Shown piece after piece: positions 9,419 through 22,100 of a stretch of 64,000 nucleotides of DNA. The notes under the pieces were generated by a model that did not search any database, was not told where the DNA came from, and worked only from the letters and a program-made list of their open reading frames with translations. A program made the translations under genes and the position numbers. The stretch is from positions 1 through 64,000 of the IMG/VR virus record IMGVR_UViG_3300041809_000308, one strand, 5' to 3'. This DNA comes from a virus. Within the stretch, counting starts at the first letter, position 1, and every line of letters starts with the position of its first letter.

Positions 9419-10732
9419 ATGAATTTCAATTCTCAATTTCTCACCGCCGCAAAGCTGCCACAGCACCACTCTTCTGATTTCAGGGGTTTGGATATAGTAG
9501 TAGAGTGGCCGAAAGGTAGTGTACGAGTTGGTGAAGACAAGAATGGGAAGAAGTGGCATCGCAAGATGGAAGCTGACTATGGCTACATCCCTAATACGGC
9601 TGGTGCCGGGGATAAGGAAGGCTTGGATGTTTACATCGGCCCGGACAAAGAATCTGACAGAGCGTACGTTGTTGAACAGCTAAAGGACAATGGCAAGTTT
9701 GATGAATACAAAGTGCTGCTGGGCTTCCCCGACCTTGATACAGCGTATGAGACCTATCTTAAGCACTATCCTAATGGCTGGGATGACAATGTTGGAGAGG
9801 TATACGAAGTCCCCTTCGAAGATGTAGTCAGCGGGGTTGAAGAGCATCAAGAGAACAACAAGACAGCCTCTTCTGTGGAGGAGAAGCAATACAAAGATTT
9901 CATCCAGCATTATGGCGATTTTATCCGGGAAGTGACTGGTGAAAAGCCACCGAGTTTCACCAAATTTGTAGAGTACCTTCACGACTTTAAGCGTCACATA
10001 ACCTCAACTACCCCCATTTACAGAAGAATCAAGGTTCCGGCAAATTGGAATGTTCAAGATGCTCTCACACTGGGTGTAAGTTGGACTCATGATAGAAGCG
10101 TTGCAGAAAATTGGGTTCCCGATTCGGCTGGATATGATACTCGGTTCACTGTGCCAACTAAGGATTATAAGTACGTACTGTTGGAAGGTCGCGTTAACCC
10201 CAATGATATAGACTGGCTATCTGTTGTGGCTGATGGTTTTTGTACAAGCGAAAGCCTTGTAAAAATCCTCGAAAACTCCCCCATTCATTTAGTTAAGGTG
10301 GACAACGTTCCGATTAACGAAACGAAGACAGCCAGCACCGCTCCGGGAACGTACCCCAGCAGAGCGGTTCCAAAACCTCGACCGCCCAACATTGAACGCT
10401 ACGTTTGGATGTCGTGCCCCAGCGCACGGGAAGACCACATCATGCGCGGATTGGCACAGGATCATTCTCGATTCTGCGACCAGCGTTACTACGACCCACC
10501 AATTACCACCAAAGAGTATGACAACGCCACCCGTGGTTACGCCGAGGTAAAAAATGACGGTAAATCTGTAATTTTGTCTATCTCCCCGATGTGCCGTCCC
10601 GAATTCCAGTATTACCCGCCCTCGATTATCGAGAAATTCAATGAGATGTATCCGGGGTACAAAATATACACCGATGTTGGAAAAACTGCGGGTTTTAGCT
10701 ATCTAAAAGCCCTTCAGTGCATGACTTCTTAG
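9419..10732 (+). CDS. polyvalent protein: InPase (inorganic pyrophosphatase-like) + ART-like module + unknown module, KTA-delimited
   Basis: IVVEWPKGSVR.G.D..G..W...M..DYGYI..T...D.EGLDVYIGP...FDEYKVLLGF matches the polyvalent-protein InPase. KTA at 9860, 10325 and 10682. Confidence 0.82.
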   Translation: MNFNSQFLTAAKLPQHHSSDFRGLDIVVEWPKGSVRVGEDKNGKKWHRKMEADYGYIPNTAGAGDKEGLDVYIGPDKESDRAYVVEQLKDNGKFDEYKVLLGFPDLDTAYETYLKHYPNGWDDNVGEVYEVPFEDVVSGVEEHQENNKTASSVEEKQYKDFIQHYGDFIREVTGEKPPSFTKFVEYLHDFKRHITSTTPIYRRIKVPANWNVQDALTLGVSWTHDRSVAENWVPDSAGYDTRFTVPTKDYKYVLLEGRVNPNDIDWLSVVADGFCTSESLVKILENSPIHLVKVDNVPINETKTASTAPGTYPSRAVPKPRPPNIERYVWMSCPSAREDHIMRGLAQDHSRFCDQRYYDPPITTKEYDNATRGYAEVKNDGKSVILSISPMCRPEFQYYPPSIIEKFNEMYPGYKIYTDVGKTAGFSYLKALQCMTS

Positions 10733-10780
10733 TCCTTCAAGTAGGAGCCGTCTAGCGGTATTGGCTCTAAAGGAGCTAGG

Positions 10781-11113
10781 ATGCCCTTGAAGTCAGCCAC
10801 CCCCTCTAAGTCAGACCTGAGTTTGAAACGGACCTACGCTAAGTACAACCGACTGTACTTTGGCGGGGAACTACCTGACGCCAGTGTGTGGTGGGAGCCA
10901 CCTGATGGAGCATACGCCGATTGTACTAAACTAGATGGAGAATTCCGAATCAGAATGAGTCCAAGTATCTCAGGTTGGACAGAGATATGGCATCTCACTC
11001 TTCTTCATGAGATGGTTCACGTGAAGCTGTGGCCTCTCAAGAGACACACAAAAAAGTTCCAAGACGAGATGCTGCGACTGGCTGAACTCGGAGCCTTCAA
11101 CAAGCTATGGTAG
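10781..11113 (+). CDS. SprT-like zinc metalloprotease
   Basis: YNRLYFGGELP...TLLHEMVH...H.KKF; AAGGAG RBS. Confidence 0.85.
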   Translation: MPLKSATPSKSDLSLKRTYAKYNRLYFGGELPDASVWWEPPDGAYADCTKLDGEFRIRMSPSISGWTEIWHLTLLHEMVHVKLWPLKRHTKKFQDEMLRLAELGAFNKLW

Positions 11114-11147
11114 ACGAGAACTAAGTTCTTGCGTTGCATCAACTATC

Positions 11148-14100
11148 GTGCCCTTTATTAGGGCGATGTGGACGATGCGGGTGCAAAATAACCTTCTAAA
11201 GCAAGCAGTGACGACTGTCCAGTATTTGTGGGCAGAAGTTCCCATGCGTTCGGGCAACGTCATCTGCCAGAGAAGCACGCTCCCTCACACAGAATGGTTC
11301 AGACAGATGGGGTTGCCCTCGTGGGGCAATGACTTCGACCGAACCGCACGTGGCATCATCAAGATAGACAAGGTAGCCAAGACGGCGGTTATTGAAACCT
11401 ACCACCCGGATTTCGCGCCTCGTGAAGTTTGGCAATTCTTCCGCAAGAAACTCCCGGCTGATTTCAAACTCGATGAACAACCGTATCAGATAGACCTTGA
11501 CCAGCGGTTTGCCTCAACAGGAACCGCTCAAACCAAAGCGTTAAAGCTTTTCAAACCCACATTCAATCATCCAGAAGACACTCGATTTATCTATCAAAAT
11601 GGGGTTGTGCATCAAAGTCCAGAAAACCATTATATGATAGCTGAGACCTCTCTTCCCAAAGAACTACTCAGTAAGGCTGAAGGGGGATATGCTAACTGTC
11701 CAGCAGAATTGGAGAATGTGGAGATTTTTTTGAAAACCACAGGGGCTGTTAGAGTAGCCGAAAACAGTGAAACACGAGTTGGACTTCACCTTGTTGTCCC
11801 TCCAACTGCACCCCAACTACGCCGTATGGCAGAGATAGCACGAGGCAAAAAAGTATACTGGACGGTTGTTGATAACGAAGGACAAGGAACATTCGCTGAT
11901 TTTCAACGAGCCCTAGATTCAGTTTTTCATAAGAAATTCGCATCGGCTGAATATCCACCTGAACTGAATGGTCTCGCCGCCGAAGCGAAGAAGTGCTCAA
12001 CCTTCAAAGAATTCGAACACAACTTCTCCATGGACTTAAAACATGGTCGCTACTATCACTTGACCGACAACCCCAACTTCACCATTGACTCCACCAAGGG
12101 GCCACGTGACATGTCCAGCATGGCTGGTGGTCAAATGGAGACTGGGAAGCTAATGATAACCTCCCATTTGGAGAACTGGGACGCCTATTACAACTGGAAG
12201 GACGAGGACACAGAAGAGGTCACACGTCCTTATGTCGCCATCATCGACATGAGTCAGGTGCCTCGCAACTCCTACCATCAAGTGAGCCGTGGATTTGGCA
12301 ATGAGTTTTGGGTTGAAGACCCGAGCAAAGCCAAAGTTATCAAGGTGGTTCCTATCGCGGAGGGTCGGGCTGACGCTGCTCATGACCAAGACATAATGGG
12401 TCAGTACATCAACAGCAAGGAAGACCTCGAAGAGTTCTACAACTGGGCGAAGGGCATCAAAACTGCCGCCGTAGAAGTAGATATGAACCTCATCAACAGC
12501 ATCGTTGATGAGTACATGCCTGTACTGAAACCCAGCCTACCCAAGCCTGAAATCAAGATCAGCAATGGGCAAAGTAATGTGCTTGGTGAATGTGTGTGGC
12601 GGTATGGGTACCACACCGCCACGGGTGAAAGTTTCTGTGGAGACAACACCACTATCACCTTGCAAAGACGCATTTGCGGGGATGAACGCACCTTGCGTCG
12701 TATCATCGCTCACGAACTCGCTCACCATGAGGATTCCCTCGTCAACGAAGTGGCGGATTTCAAAGAGAAAGGGTATCAGAAATTTGTCGCTTATCGTAAG
12801 ATGTTCCGTCCTGACCATCACGGTCCGAAGTGGTTATCCATTGCGGCTCGATTCAATGCGAAGTATGGTAAGAACTTCGTAACTCGAACCTCTGACCAAA
12901 CCATGGTAACTGATGATACCGACCTCAAGCCCTGCTATGTGTTGATTGAGTATTACGACGGTCAACTCATGTGGCAAGTCGCCAACCGTCTCAGTCCAAA
13001 AGCAAAACAATACCTTGGAGAATTGGCAGAGGGAGAATATCTCGGTGCGATTGGTAAGGGTCATTATGAACACAAGTTGTTCATGAGCAGCGACCCGATT
13101 CTTATCAAGAAGGGAGCCCCTCTGGTTAAATATAATGGCTGGTCAACCACCAGAACCGAGGGAGCGAAAGAACGGCTGGAGGAATTGTGGAATAACGGCA
13201 CCGACATTCTGTCGCAATTCAAACCACAAGAAAAGACAGCGGCTCCTATCAGTCAGAATATGAAGAGCCAAATCTACTTCCACGGGACAGGCAATGAAGC
13301 CAGCGCACAAGCAATCATACGAGAAGGCATTCAGCCTCGTGAAATCATCATGCCAGATAAGGCCAAAAGCCGGTCACAACTCGCTCCTGTGCCCGACCGC
13401 GTGTACCTGACTACCAACTTTGGCTATGCTTCTATCTATGCCATGGGTGGACAATACTTCGGCTTGGGAATGCATGACCAGACCAAGACAAACTACACCG
13501 CTGATATGTGGTTGAAGAATCATACCAAGGAAGGTGCCTACGGTTACGTCTTTGAAATCCATGGAAGCCAACTGACAGGAGACGTAGTGCCGGATGAGGA
13601 CAGTATTGGTGAGGCTCTTGAATGGTTGGCTGAAGACATTAAAGGAACACAACGCTTAAACGCTCTGACAGGAATGAACGATGTGACTGGAAAAGCTGAC
13701 TTCGCTCCACAAAAAGAAAAATGGCAAGGCGAATTAGAGAGCCTGAAAAGAAGCATGGAGATTGTCAAGCAGCAACGTATCAATCAACCCGACGTTCCCA
13801 AGCAAGTCCGTACTGAACTCTACCACTTATACATCTGGAGAGTGACTGACAACCAGAAACGCAAGCTTCAAGAAATCGGAACTCAAGCACAAGTTGGCAA
13901 GAAGCTTCAGAAGCTTTTGAGTCAAGAAACATGCCAATGGATGATTGAGAACGGGGCCCATGTGGCTCACCGTGGGCCTATCATCCCCACCAAATGCTGG
14001 AGATTCAGCAAGGAGAAGGCGCTCTACACTTTGAAGCTTGGAGAAATCCTTGAAGAGGTTCCGCTACCTGCACAGAAAACTGCCAAGGACTTTGGCTACA

Positions 14101-16151
14101 CCAAGTACCGCAACCGCGAGAAGGACTTGCAGAATGTGAAATTTGTTTCTCAGGGACTGGAAAGAGAGCATCTTGGTGTGGCTGCAAAATACAACGGCGA
14201 GGACATTGGAGCTATTGAGTGTTCAGTCGTTGCCAAACTCTGCGTCGTATGCAACGTCTGGATAAACGGTGACTGGCGTGGCACCGGGCTTGGACAATTG
14301 CTTTATGACCACGCTATTCAGGCGGCTAAGAAAGCTGGGTTGCTGGTCTTCTCCTCGGATGACCAGTTGACTGATGATGCCGCGAGTGCGTGGCTGCGTT
14401 TAGGCAAGCGTTACCCACTTACTGAAGTGGACAACCTTGAATATGACCCGGACGCTGAGTACAACGGTGAAGTGCCCCAACACCCGGTTCGATACCATAT
14501 CGACTTGAATAGGGTGCCAACCAAGAACCTTGGCACAGTTAAGAAAGCCAGCCCGGACTTCGGTTATTCAAGATTCAACAACCGTGAGGGTGAGTTGGCA
14601 CAAGTGGAGATTACGCTCTCCAATGTGACAGAGTTCAGTTTTCAGGTTGATGCCAACTACAATGGGAAGTTGATTGCGTGGCTCACGTGCAGCGCCGAAC
14701 GTGGGAATGGTAATTGGAACTATCCTGACTACTCAGTGGACGCCGTGAACATCATGGATAACACGTGGAAAGGCACAGGATTGGGTCAGATGCTATATGA
14801 CCGAGCGATTCAGGAAGCTAAGGGGCGCGAGGCTAATTACTTCTACTCAGACACTGGGCTTTCACCACCCGCCCGTTCAGCATGGAATAGATTGAAGCAA
14901 AGATACCCTGTGGAGAGTCTACGTGGGAAAGCAGAAGCGTATGAAAACTACAATCCAGAGGCCAAGAACAAAGGACTGTACAAAGTCCCACGCCTTCGTA
15001 TCGACTTGAACAAAGTGGCTGCAATCTCTCCTGCCGACCGCACGCTGTACCATGGCACCAACGATGAACAGGAGTTCGATACCCTGAAGCCCACGGGTGG
15101 CGACCCAGTTGTGTGGCTGGGCGAGTTGGACACCGCACGCGACATCTATTCACGAACCATTCGTGGTGGTCGTGAACGTGTCTTTGAAGTGAAGTTGAAA
15201 CCTGATGCAAAGATTGCCGACCTGCTTGATGTGAATCAACCAATAACCAAGAAGGTACAAGATTACTTCCTGCGCTGCGTTGGTTCTCGTATTTGGGATC
15301 ATGGTTGGCCTGACATTATGAACTACATGGCTTTCCATCGCCATGACCATGAACTAATACCCCTGCTCAAAGAAGCTGGATTTGATGGTGCCATCGTGAT
15401 GGATAAAGGCAGACCGCGTGGAAGCACCCAATCGCGAGAGCATCACTCTGTCGCGCTGTGGAACATGGATGCTATTGAATCTCAACAGGAGATAAAGACC
15501 GCCTCGGCTTCTACTGTAGGTTCTGCGTTCTGGAATAAGGTGCAAGAAGACGCTCTTGCAGGAATCGTCTATCACGGTACTACATTAGAGGTTGCTGACC
15601 TCATCCTATCCACAGGCTTCCGTGGATTGGAATGGGACGCCATTCTCAAGGACGTGCTGGCAAAATACAACATGACTGAGACCGACATTCCAAAGAAGAT
15701 GTTCAAAGTGCTACAGGAAACGAAACGCAGCTACGAGGCGGAGGCTCATCTGGTTAGTACATCGCCGGGTGGGAACGTGGCTCTTCGCTGGGCGGGAAGT
15801 GGCGGGGAAGTACCGCAGCAAATCGAAGCATACATTCTCGGAAAATACAGTCCTCGCGAAGTTAAAAACTCACGACTTCATGGTGAACCCGCTATCCTGA
15901 AGTGTCGTATCAAGGAATTTCAATCGACGCCGCATTATACACGCATCAAGCAGTCGGTCGATGGGTTAAACCGTCTCATTGCCGATGGTGGGATCACTGG
16001 GGTTTTCTCTCCCCATGAAGCGGCGGAAGACATGTGGGGCACCTACACGAATTTCCTTTGCAAGCCGGAGGAATTAGAGGTAGTAGAGATTATCACGGGG
16101 GCGAGACTCCAAGAGTTAAGCCAGCATCCATTGGGGGTGTCAGTTGAATAA
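11148..16151 (+). CDS. giant polyvalent protein A (~1660 aa, ~9 modules: 4 ART-like, SprT zincin, 2 GNAT, 2 unknown); start probably ATG 11166 or 11175
   Basis: YYHLT, YFHGT, LYHGT, VYHGT (ART); HELAH...HHGPKW (SprT); two WxGTGLGQxLYD (GNAT). Modules separated by KxA motifs. Confidence 0.85.
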   Translation: MPFIRAMWTMRVQNNLLKQAVTTVQYLWAEVPMRSGNVICQRSTLPHTEWFRQMGLPSWGNDFDRTARGIIKIDKVAKTAVIETYHPDFAPREVWQFFRKKLPADFKLDEQPYQIDLDQRFASTGTAQTKALKLFKPTFNHPEDTRFIYQNGVVHQSPENHYMIAETSLPKELLSKAEGGYANCPAELENVEIFLKTTGAVRVAENSETRVGLHLVVPPTAPQLRRMAEIARGKKVYWTVVDNEGQGTFADFQRALDSVFHKKFASAEYPPELNGLAAEAKKCSTFKEFEHNFSMDLKHGRYYHLTDNPNFTIDSTKGPRDMSSMAGGQMETGKLMITSHLENWDAYYNWKDEDTEEVTRPYVAIIDMSQVPRNSYHQVSRGFGNEFWVEDPSKAKVIKVVPIAEGRADAAHDQDIMGQYINSKEDLEEFYNWAKGIKTAAVEVDMNLINSIVDEYMPVLKPSLPKPEIKISNGQSNVLGECVWRYGYHTATGESFCGDNTTITLQRRICGDERTLRRIIAHELAHHEDSLVNEVADFKEKGYQKFVAYRKMFRPDHHGPKWLSIAARFNAKYGKNFVTRTSDQTMVTDDTDLKPCYVLIEYYDGQLMWQVANRLSPKAKQYLGELAEGEYLGAIGKGHYEHKLFMSSDPILIKKGAPLVKYNGWSTTRTEGAKERLEELWNNGTDILSQFKPQEKTAAPISQNMKSQIYFHGTGNEASAQAIIREGIQPREIIMPDKAKSRSQLAPVPDRVYLTTNFGYASIYAMGGQYFGLGMHDQTKTNYTADMWLKNHTKEGAYGYVFEIHGSQLTGDVVPDEDSIGEALEWLAEDIKGTQRLNALTGMNDVTGKADFAPQKEKWQGELESLKRSMEIVKQQRINQPDVPKQVRTELYHLYIWRVTDNQKRKLQEIGTQAQVGKKLQKLLSQETCQWMIENGAHVAHRGPIIPTKCWRFSKEKALYTLKLGEILEEVPLPAQKTAKDFGYTKYRNREKDLQNVKFVSQGLEREHLGVAAKYNGEDIGAIECSVVAKLCVVCNVWINGDWRGTGLGQLLYDHAIQAAKKAGLLVFSSDDQLTDDAASAWLRLGKRYPLTEVDNLEYDPDAEYNGEVPQHPVRYHIDLNRVPTKNLGTVKKASPDFGYSRFNNREGELAQVEITLSNVTEFSFQVDANYNGKLIAWLTCSAERGNGNWNYPDYSVDAVNIMDNTWKGTGLGQMLYDRAIQEAKGREANYFYSDTGLSPPARSAWNRLKQRYPVESLRGKAEAYENYNPEAKNKGLYKVPRLRIDLNKVAAISPADRTLYHGTNDEQEFDTLKPTGGDPVVWLGELDTARDIYSRTIRGGRERVFEVKLKPDAKIADLLDVNQPITKKVQDYFLRCVGSRIWDHGWPDIMNYMAFHRHDHELIPLLKEAGFDGAIVMDKGRPRGSTQSREHHSVALWNMDAIESQQEIKTASASTVGSAFWNKVQEDALAGIVYHGTTLEVADLILSTGFRGLEWDAILKDVLAKYNMTETDIPKKMFKVLQETKRSYEAEAHLVSTSPGGNVALRWAGSGGEVPQQIEAYILGKYSPREVKNSRLHGEPAILKCRIKEFQSTPHYTRIKQSVDGLNRLIADGGITGVFSPHEAAEDMWGTYTNFLCKPEELEVVEIITGARLQELSQHPLGVSVE

Positions 16152-19100
16152 CCAATTGTTAAAACAGAAAGTTGGAGTGTGGGCTCGTGGGGCATCTGAA
16201 GCCCCTGATTATGAGCAAGAGCGCGATAAGAAATTCAATGAATTAGCATCAGCACAACGAGGTGAACCCGAAACGGCAATGCTCCGCTGTCAGATGCATC
16301 CTCTTGGAGCCGGGATCGGTCCGAAGACGCTGGAACATGTAGGTGACCTCACGCATCGAATGTCAGAAAATTTCTCTCATTTTCACGGTCAGTACCTGAA
16401 TGTAAAAGACAAGGTGGAAAAAACCCTTTACTGGTTGACTAATCCATACGGTTTTGAGCGAGAAATGTCAGGAAATCTCCTCAATAACTACACAGCGCGT
16501 GCAGACGACCCAAAGGTGCGAGGACGCAGCTTTGATGAATTAAAGCAAGACTTCTTCTCCAAATGGGATGACTACGCCGCTGCTCACGCCAAACTTACCG
16601 TCTACAACAAAGCGCAAGAACATGCCCGTGGGGCGGCTATAAGTCTAGGCCGTCGTGATTTCAGAATGGCGATTCTTTATCTTGAAGCCCTAAAGAAAAT
16701 TCTGGATGCAGGGGAAGAAGCTTGGATGACGGCGGCGGGTCAATACACGCCGGGGAAAGTTGCCGCTACATCGACAGTCACCGCTTCCATTGAAAAAGAG
16801 GCGGGGTTGGCTAATATTCTTAAAGGACTGGGTGTAGCACTACTTGGTTTGGCGGGAACGGCGGCTGTGCTCAAGCCAGCACCCGCTCCTACAAGCCCCA
16901 AGGATAAAGCGTTGAATCAAATTGGTCATGAGATGATTAAGCGCCTCCCACAGTCCATTCAAAATAAAATTGGTGACCCCAATACCATCACGTTCCGCGA
17001 GGGTGAACCTGACGGTAGTCAAAACAGCAAAGAAATCGCTGAAGTGGCTGAGGGGTCTCGGGTAGTCTATATCAACCCAAAATATGTGAATGATTTCTTG
17101 CACACCAATTTGTCTGACCAATGGACAGCACATGAAACAACTCATATCATGCAGGATGAACTCGACCCACAGGGAAACAGATTTCCGGCCACAAACCCGT
17201 CCGATCCGTATGGCAAAATGAAGGATGTTGAAAATTCTTGGAAAACTTTACAAGGGCTTCGAGCTAAAGGCGACCGGATGTGGGATCATTCTCGTGAGGA
17301 ACAAGCAGCTATCGTGCAGGAATACGAAGCTGCCGTTGATATGCGAGACTTAACGACCGACCCGGCTCAGAAGAAACAGATTGAACAGAAAATACAGGTC
17401 TATCAACAGTATATCGCAGACTATGACCAGTTAAAGGTTGGAAGTCATCACAAGCTGTACGACCATGCTAACCTCCCCAACTTCTATGATCTGTTCGAAT
17501 CAGGCAAACCCGGCTGCTCTTTTGGCATTTACGACTTGCTTGAAGGTGACGATTGGGAACCATATGAAGACGAAGCTGAAAAATTGGCTGCTGAACAGGG
17601 GGTTGACTTAAAATCCATGGCCGATGATTGGAAAGACCAATGGATTTACGACAATATTGCTCGTGCTGACCTCGAAGCAAAATTCAACAAAGTTCGAGAC
17701 CATTTCGCCAAGATACAGTTTCCTCTAACTGTCTATCGGGCTATCGACCTCCCCGACGGTATTGATGAATTGCGCGTTGAGAAAAAACCCTATCGAGGAC
17801 CGAATAAGTTCAAGCAATATCATTTGGATGACGAAGTGTTCGGCCATTGTTGGGCATGGGATGAAAGGGGGGCTAAAGCTTATGGTGGAACAAACCCCTT
17901 AGGTTCACTCAATGAAGACACCTACATTTTCCGTGGTGAGATTATATCTTCCAACGATATAGACTGGGAAACTACATTACAAGTCAACTTCATGATGCCA
18001 GAAGAGCATGAGATTCGTGTTCTTAATGGTCGCTCTATCAAAATCACTGGATATAAACAAAACGGCGGTCAGTGGCTTGTACCTGAAGAAAGTTTCAAGA
18101 ATGTAGTTGCCAGCCATACTCCACAGCGTCTTCCAACTTGGATTGAGTTCAGAGGTTCTGAGGAAGACGATGAAGTTGAACAGGAGTTTAACGAGTGGGT
18201 TAAGATGTATCGTAAACGTAAATTCCCCATGAAGGTGTGGCGTGTAGCCACTCTGCCTCAGGGAATTGCTTCTCTGCGTACTGAACAAAATGAAATTGGA
18301 ATCTATTGGACATGGAATATCGACTCAGCCGAGGCAATGAACGGTACAGGTGTCGATGGAGAAAACAATTGGTTGCTAGAAGGGGAAATCGAAGAAGACG
18401 CTGTTGATTGGTTTGACACTTTGACAGCAAACTTAGACCCCATTCACGGTGACGATGAATGTGAAATCACCTTAAAAACGGGCGCAAAGGTGCGACTGTT
18501 GAGGTATGCCCCGTGTATGCCCGGAACCCCTAACAGTTGGTTAAAAAAGGACACCTTCAAACCTTTGAACAAAATAGTCATCGCGTCAAGCCCCCTCTTG
18601 GCTTCGCATAAAACTCCGCCTCTGTCAGACACCGTGTATCCAAACACGGATGCTGACAATGAATTTGAACTCAACTCGGGTGAGGGCTCAAACGGTTATG
18701 CCAATATTCCAGAGCGCGTGGATGGCGACGAGACAATGCCGAGCATTGAATCTTTGCTCCCAAGACAAAGTGCCCTTGAGGGTGACGGGCCGGTTAGCTT
18801 CTTTGAAGAAGTTGAGAATCCGCACAGCGTGCAACCTTTACACGCACCTGATCCGCCGCCACTTGAAGAGGAAATGAAGACCGCAACCGTCGCCATTCGC
18901 CGTGGTGAAATTGACCCGGCTGGTGCTTACTTCTCTCTACCGGGGCAGAGCACATACCACGATGAGGAGATGGTTGGAGTTGATCCCGGTCTCCACAGTT
19001 ACGATGTAAGCGGTGTAAACATCGCTGACACTTCAAAATTGGGGGTCGCAGTCTCCATTATTGAAGAGGCTATGAAGAGCGCCAAGACCGAGCGGGAGAG

Positions 19101-22100
19101 GGTTAGATTATCCGAACTCCTTCTTATGGCAAAGGTCAACGGACCATTCATCAACTACATAGACAACGACCAACTCCCACTGCCCGAGGCTGCGAAGCGG
19201 TTGGGCTATGACGGCATTCTTGTATGGGAGAACGATGACATCGCCAACCCATCATCGGCTTTCATCTGGAACACAGGCAAGGTGAAGAAGGTTGCGGCAC
19301 CCGCCTCCGCTGTACTTCCCTCCGACTTTGAACAGTTTTGCCAGAAGTATGGTGGGTTCATGAAAGTGTTCGGTGAAATCGCCGATTTTGGCAGCGGCGA
19401 TTGGGAACAGTATGCCGAGTTCTACGAAACAGATGAGCAAGAAGAGTTTGATGCATTACCTGATTCAGAAAAAGAAAAGGTGATGGAACGTCGTGCGTAC
19501 GAAGACTGGGAGTATCGCTACAACGAATTGAGAGCAATGCACGCGAGTTGGAGTTGGCCGCTCAAAGTATGGCGTTGCGTCACTCTTGAGAACATCCAAC
19601 AACTCAAGACAAAAGGAATCGGGGTTTATTGGTCATACGAAGAAGGTGCAGCACAGGCTCATTGGGGGCAGGGTGGTCGCCCTTACACCTTGGAGGGTCA
19701 GATTACTGAGAACGCCGTGGACTGGGAAAGCACTATCTATGCCAACCTTCACCCGTCTCTCGGTGAAGACGAGAAAGAAATCCGTCTGAAAGATGGAGCC
19801 CCTGTGAAACTTTTGCGATGGGAGGACACCACAGGCAAATGGCACAACGCTTTGCCAGAATGGAAGAGAGTTAAAGCCGCAGTTAAACCGCCAAAATCTG
19901 AAGCCCCCATTTGGGGCAGATGGTGGGTCACACCGACCGGAGAATTCGTTCCCGCGATAGGCACGGGAAAATACGAAGGCCGAAGCATACACGATGGTGG
20001 ACAATTCGGATTCGAAGATAAAGGCAAATGGGGTACGGATTACTATGTTCCCGCCGAAGAAGCGGCGTTGGAGGCGGGGTATACTCGTCTGATTGTCGAG
20101 CCCAGCATTGTCTATATGCAGTTCTGGTCACGGTCTCAAACTGAGAAAAAGGCTGGCGAGATTATCCGTCGTGTTCCAGTCACCGTGCGTTGGGTTGAAG
20201 TAGCATGGAGTGTTCCAACCCATGGCTATCAAAAACTTCCATTAGCTGAGGCCGAAGAACGTTTCCAGAATACGGGAGATGAAACAAGAGTAATAGCCTC
20301 AACCAAAAAATACCTATACCACGTAACCTACCTTGGCAACCTTGATAACATTGCTCAGTCCGGTCTCACACCAAATGCCAATACTGGTATCGGCGGACCA
20401 GCATTGAGAGAATACAAATCGGGTAAGATATTTCTATCTGATGCCGGGGGTGTGTTTTTTTGGCTCAACCGAGCGGAACAATTCGCTTATCACAATTCAG
20501 ATAACCCAGCCGATGATGGACTCATCCCGGTCGTGCTTCGCGTTAGAGCCCCAAAAAACTTGGTCAAAGACGAAGAGGGCTCAAGCGATTCCGGGCACGA
20601 AGCGTTCTGGTGTCCCAATGTGGAATCAGGGATTGAAGTATGGACAGGAGACAGGTGGGAGAACATCTACAGTGCTAATCTCAATCCGCAAGAATTTGTG
20701 GATGAGGAAGGATACATACAAGACTCAGCACTGAACTCTCCAAAACTTGCGACAGATGGAGATGCCAATGCTTATGTTCCACGTGAAGAGGCAGAATCCC
20801 CGGCGTTGCACCGTGAGCCTATGTTCGAAGATGAGAAGGCAGCATCGGAGGCACCATACGCCGCCTACAGCCCACGTCACAGCATAGACAACCCACAGTT
20901 GCACAAAGACCCGGTGTTCGAGACTGACCAAGAGGCTTGGGACGCTGCCCTGCCTAACCACAAAGTTGGCGGGAAGAAAAAATACGGTCCTCTGTTCCGA
21001 GAAGTCCCCGTTGTTGAGGGAGGAGAGGCTTGGGATGGCCGCGATGTGTGGGAATACCCCGTCAATGTAGGAGCCAGTCCTGATGAAGCCCCACAAGCTA
21101 ACATCTCTCAAGTCATTAAAGATTTGGTGAAGGAATATGGTGAAACTCCACTTCAAATAAACCAAGGAAATTGTGATAGCTTCGCTTTTGATGTAGCTGA
21201 ACGTGTAGCTGGATGCATAGTGCTCGAAGCTGGGGGTATGGTGTGGGAGGAGTCTGAACACCCCGCACATCTGTTCATCTACTATCAAAACAAGTTCTAC
21301 GACGCCGCCCATCCCAACGGTGTGGCTCACTGGGAAGACCTGTACACGTTGGAGAGAAAGAAGAAAGTCGGAGCGAAGGAAGACCTACTGTCTCTCAAAT
21401 ACTACCTCACCATGACGCCGGAACAGAAGGCGGAAGAGGTTGCACGCACATTCACAGAGACCTTTGTCGATTGGCTTGAGGAAGAGGAAATCCAACTCCC
21501 TGCTCCTCCCAAGCGGAAGCCTGTTGCTCATGAGCTACCCACTGCACTGCCTCATGAAGGCCCAGAGGGCTGGGATGTAGTTCAGGCTGATGGAAAAATG
21601 CGGCTGACAAATGGTGGGGCGGTTCCGGCTGGAACACTCGCCTTGAAGAACGGCTATGGTCAAATTGTCGCCACAGGAAAAGACGAAGCTGAAATCCTCG
21701 CTAACTGGCGAGACCTCGTTGATAAGGGATACAAGGCGGGTGACGCCGAACGTGCCAAGTACGATGGGGACATTCTTGAAGGACTCCGTGAGCATGATGA
21801 GGATGCATGGGCTGCTATCCCGAAACAAGTCTTCGTGCAGTTCATGGATGCCAAGGAAGACTACCTAATGCAGGGAGACCCGGCAGACTGCCCGTCCTTC
21901 ATGCACATGGCTTTCGAGAAGATGCTGCCAAAGCAGTGGCTCATTCACAAAACCGATGACCCGGAGGGAATTTGTGCCAACGGATTTACAATCGGGATGC
22001 ATGATGTGGCTCGACTGGGACTAACGACGTACTACAAAGATTCAGGGAAGATCGGAGGCTACAACTTTGCCTTCACCGCCGATGACGCCAGACAGGCGGA

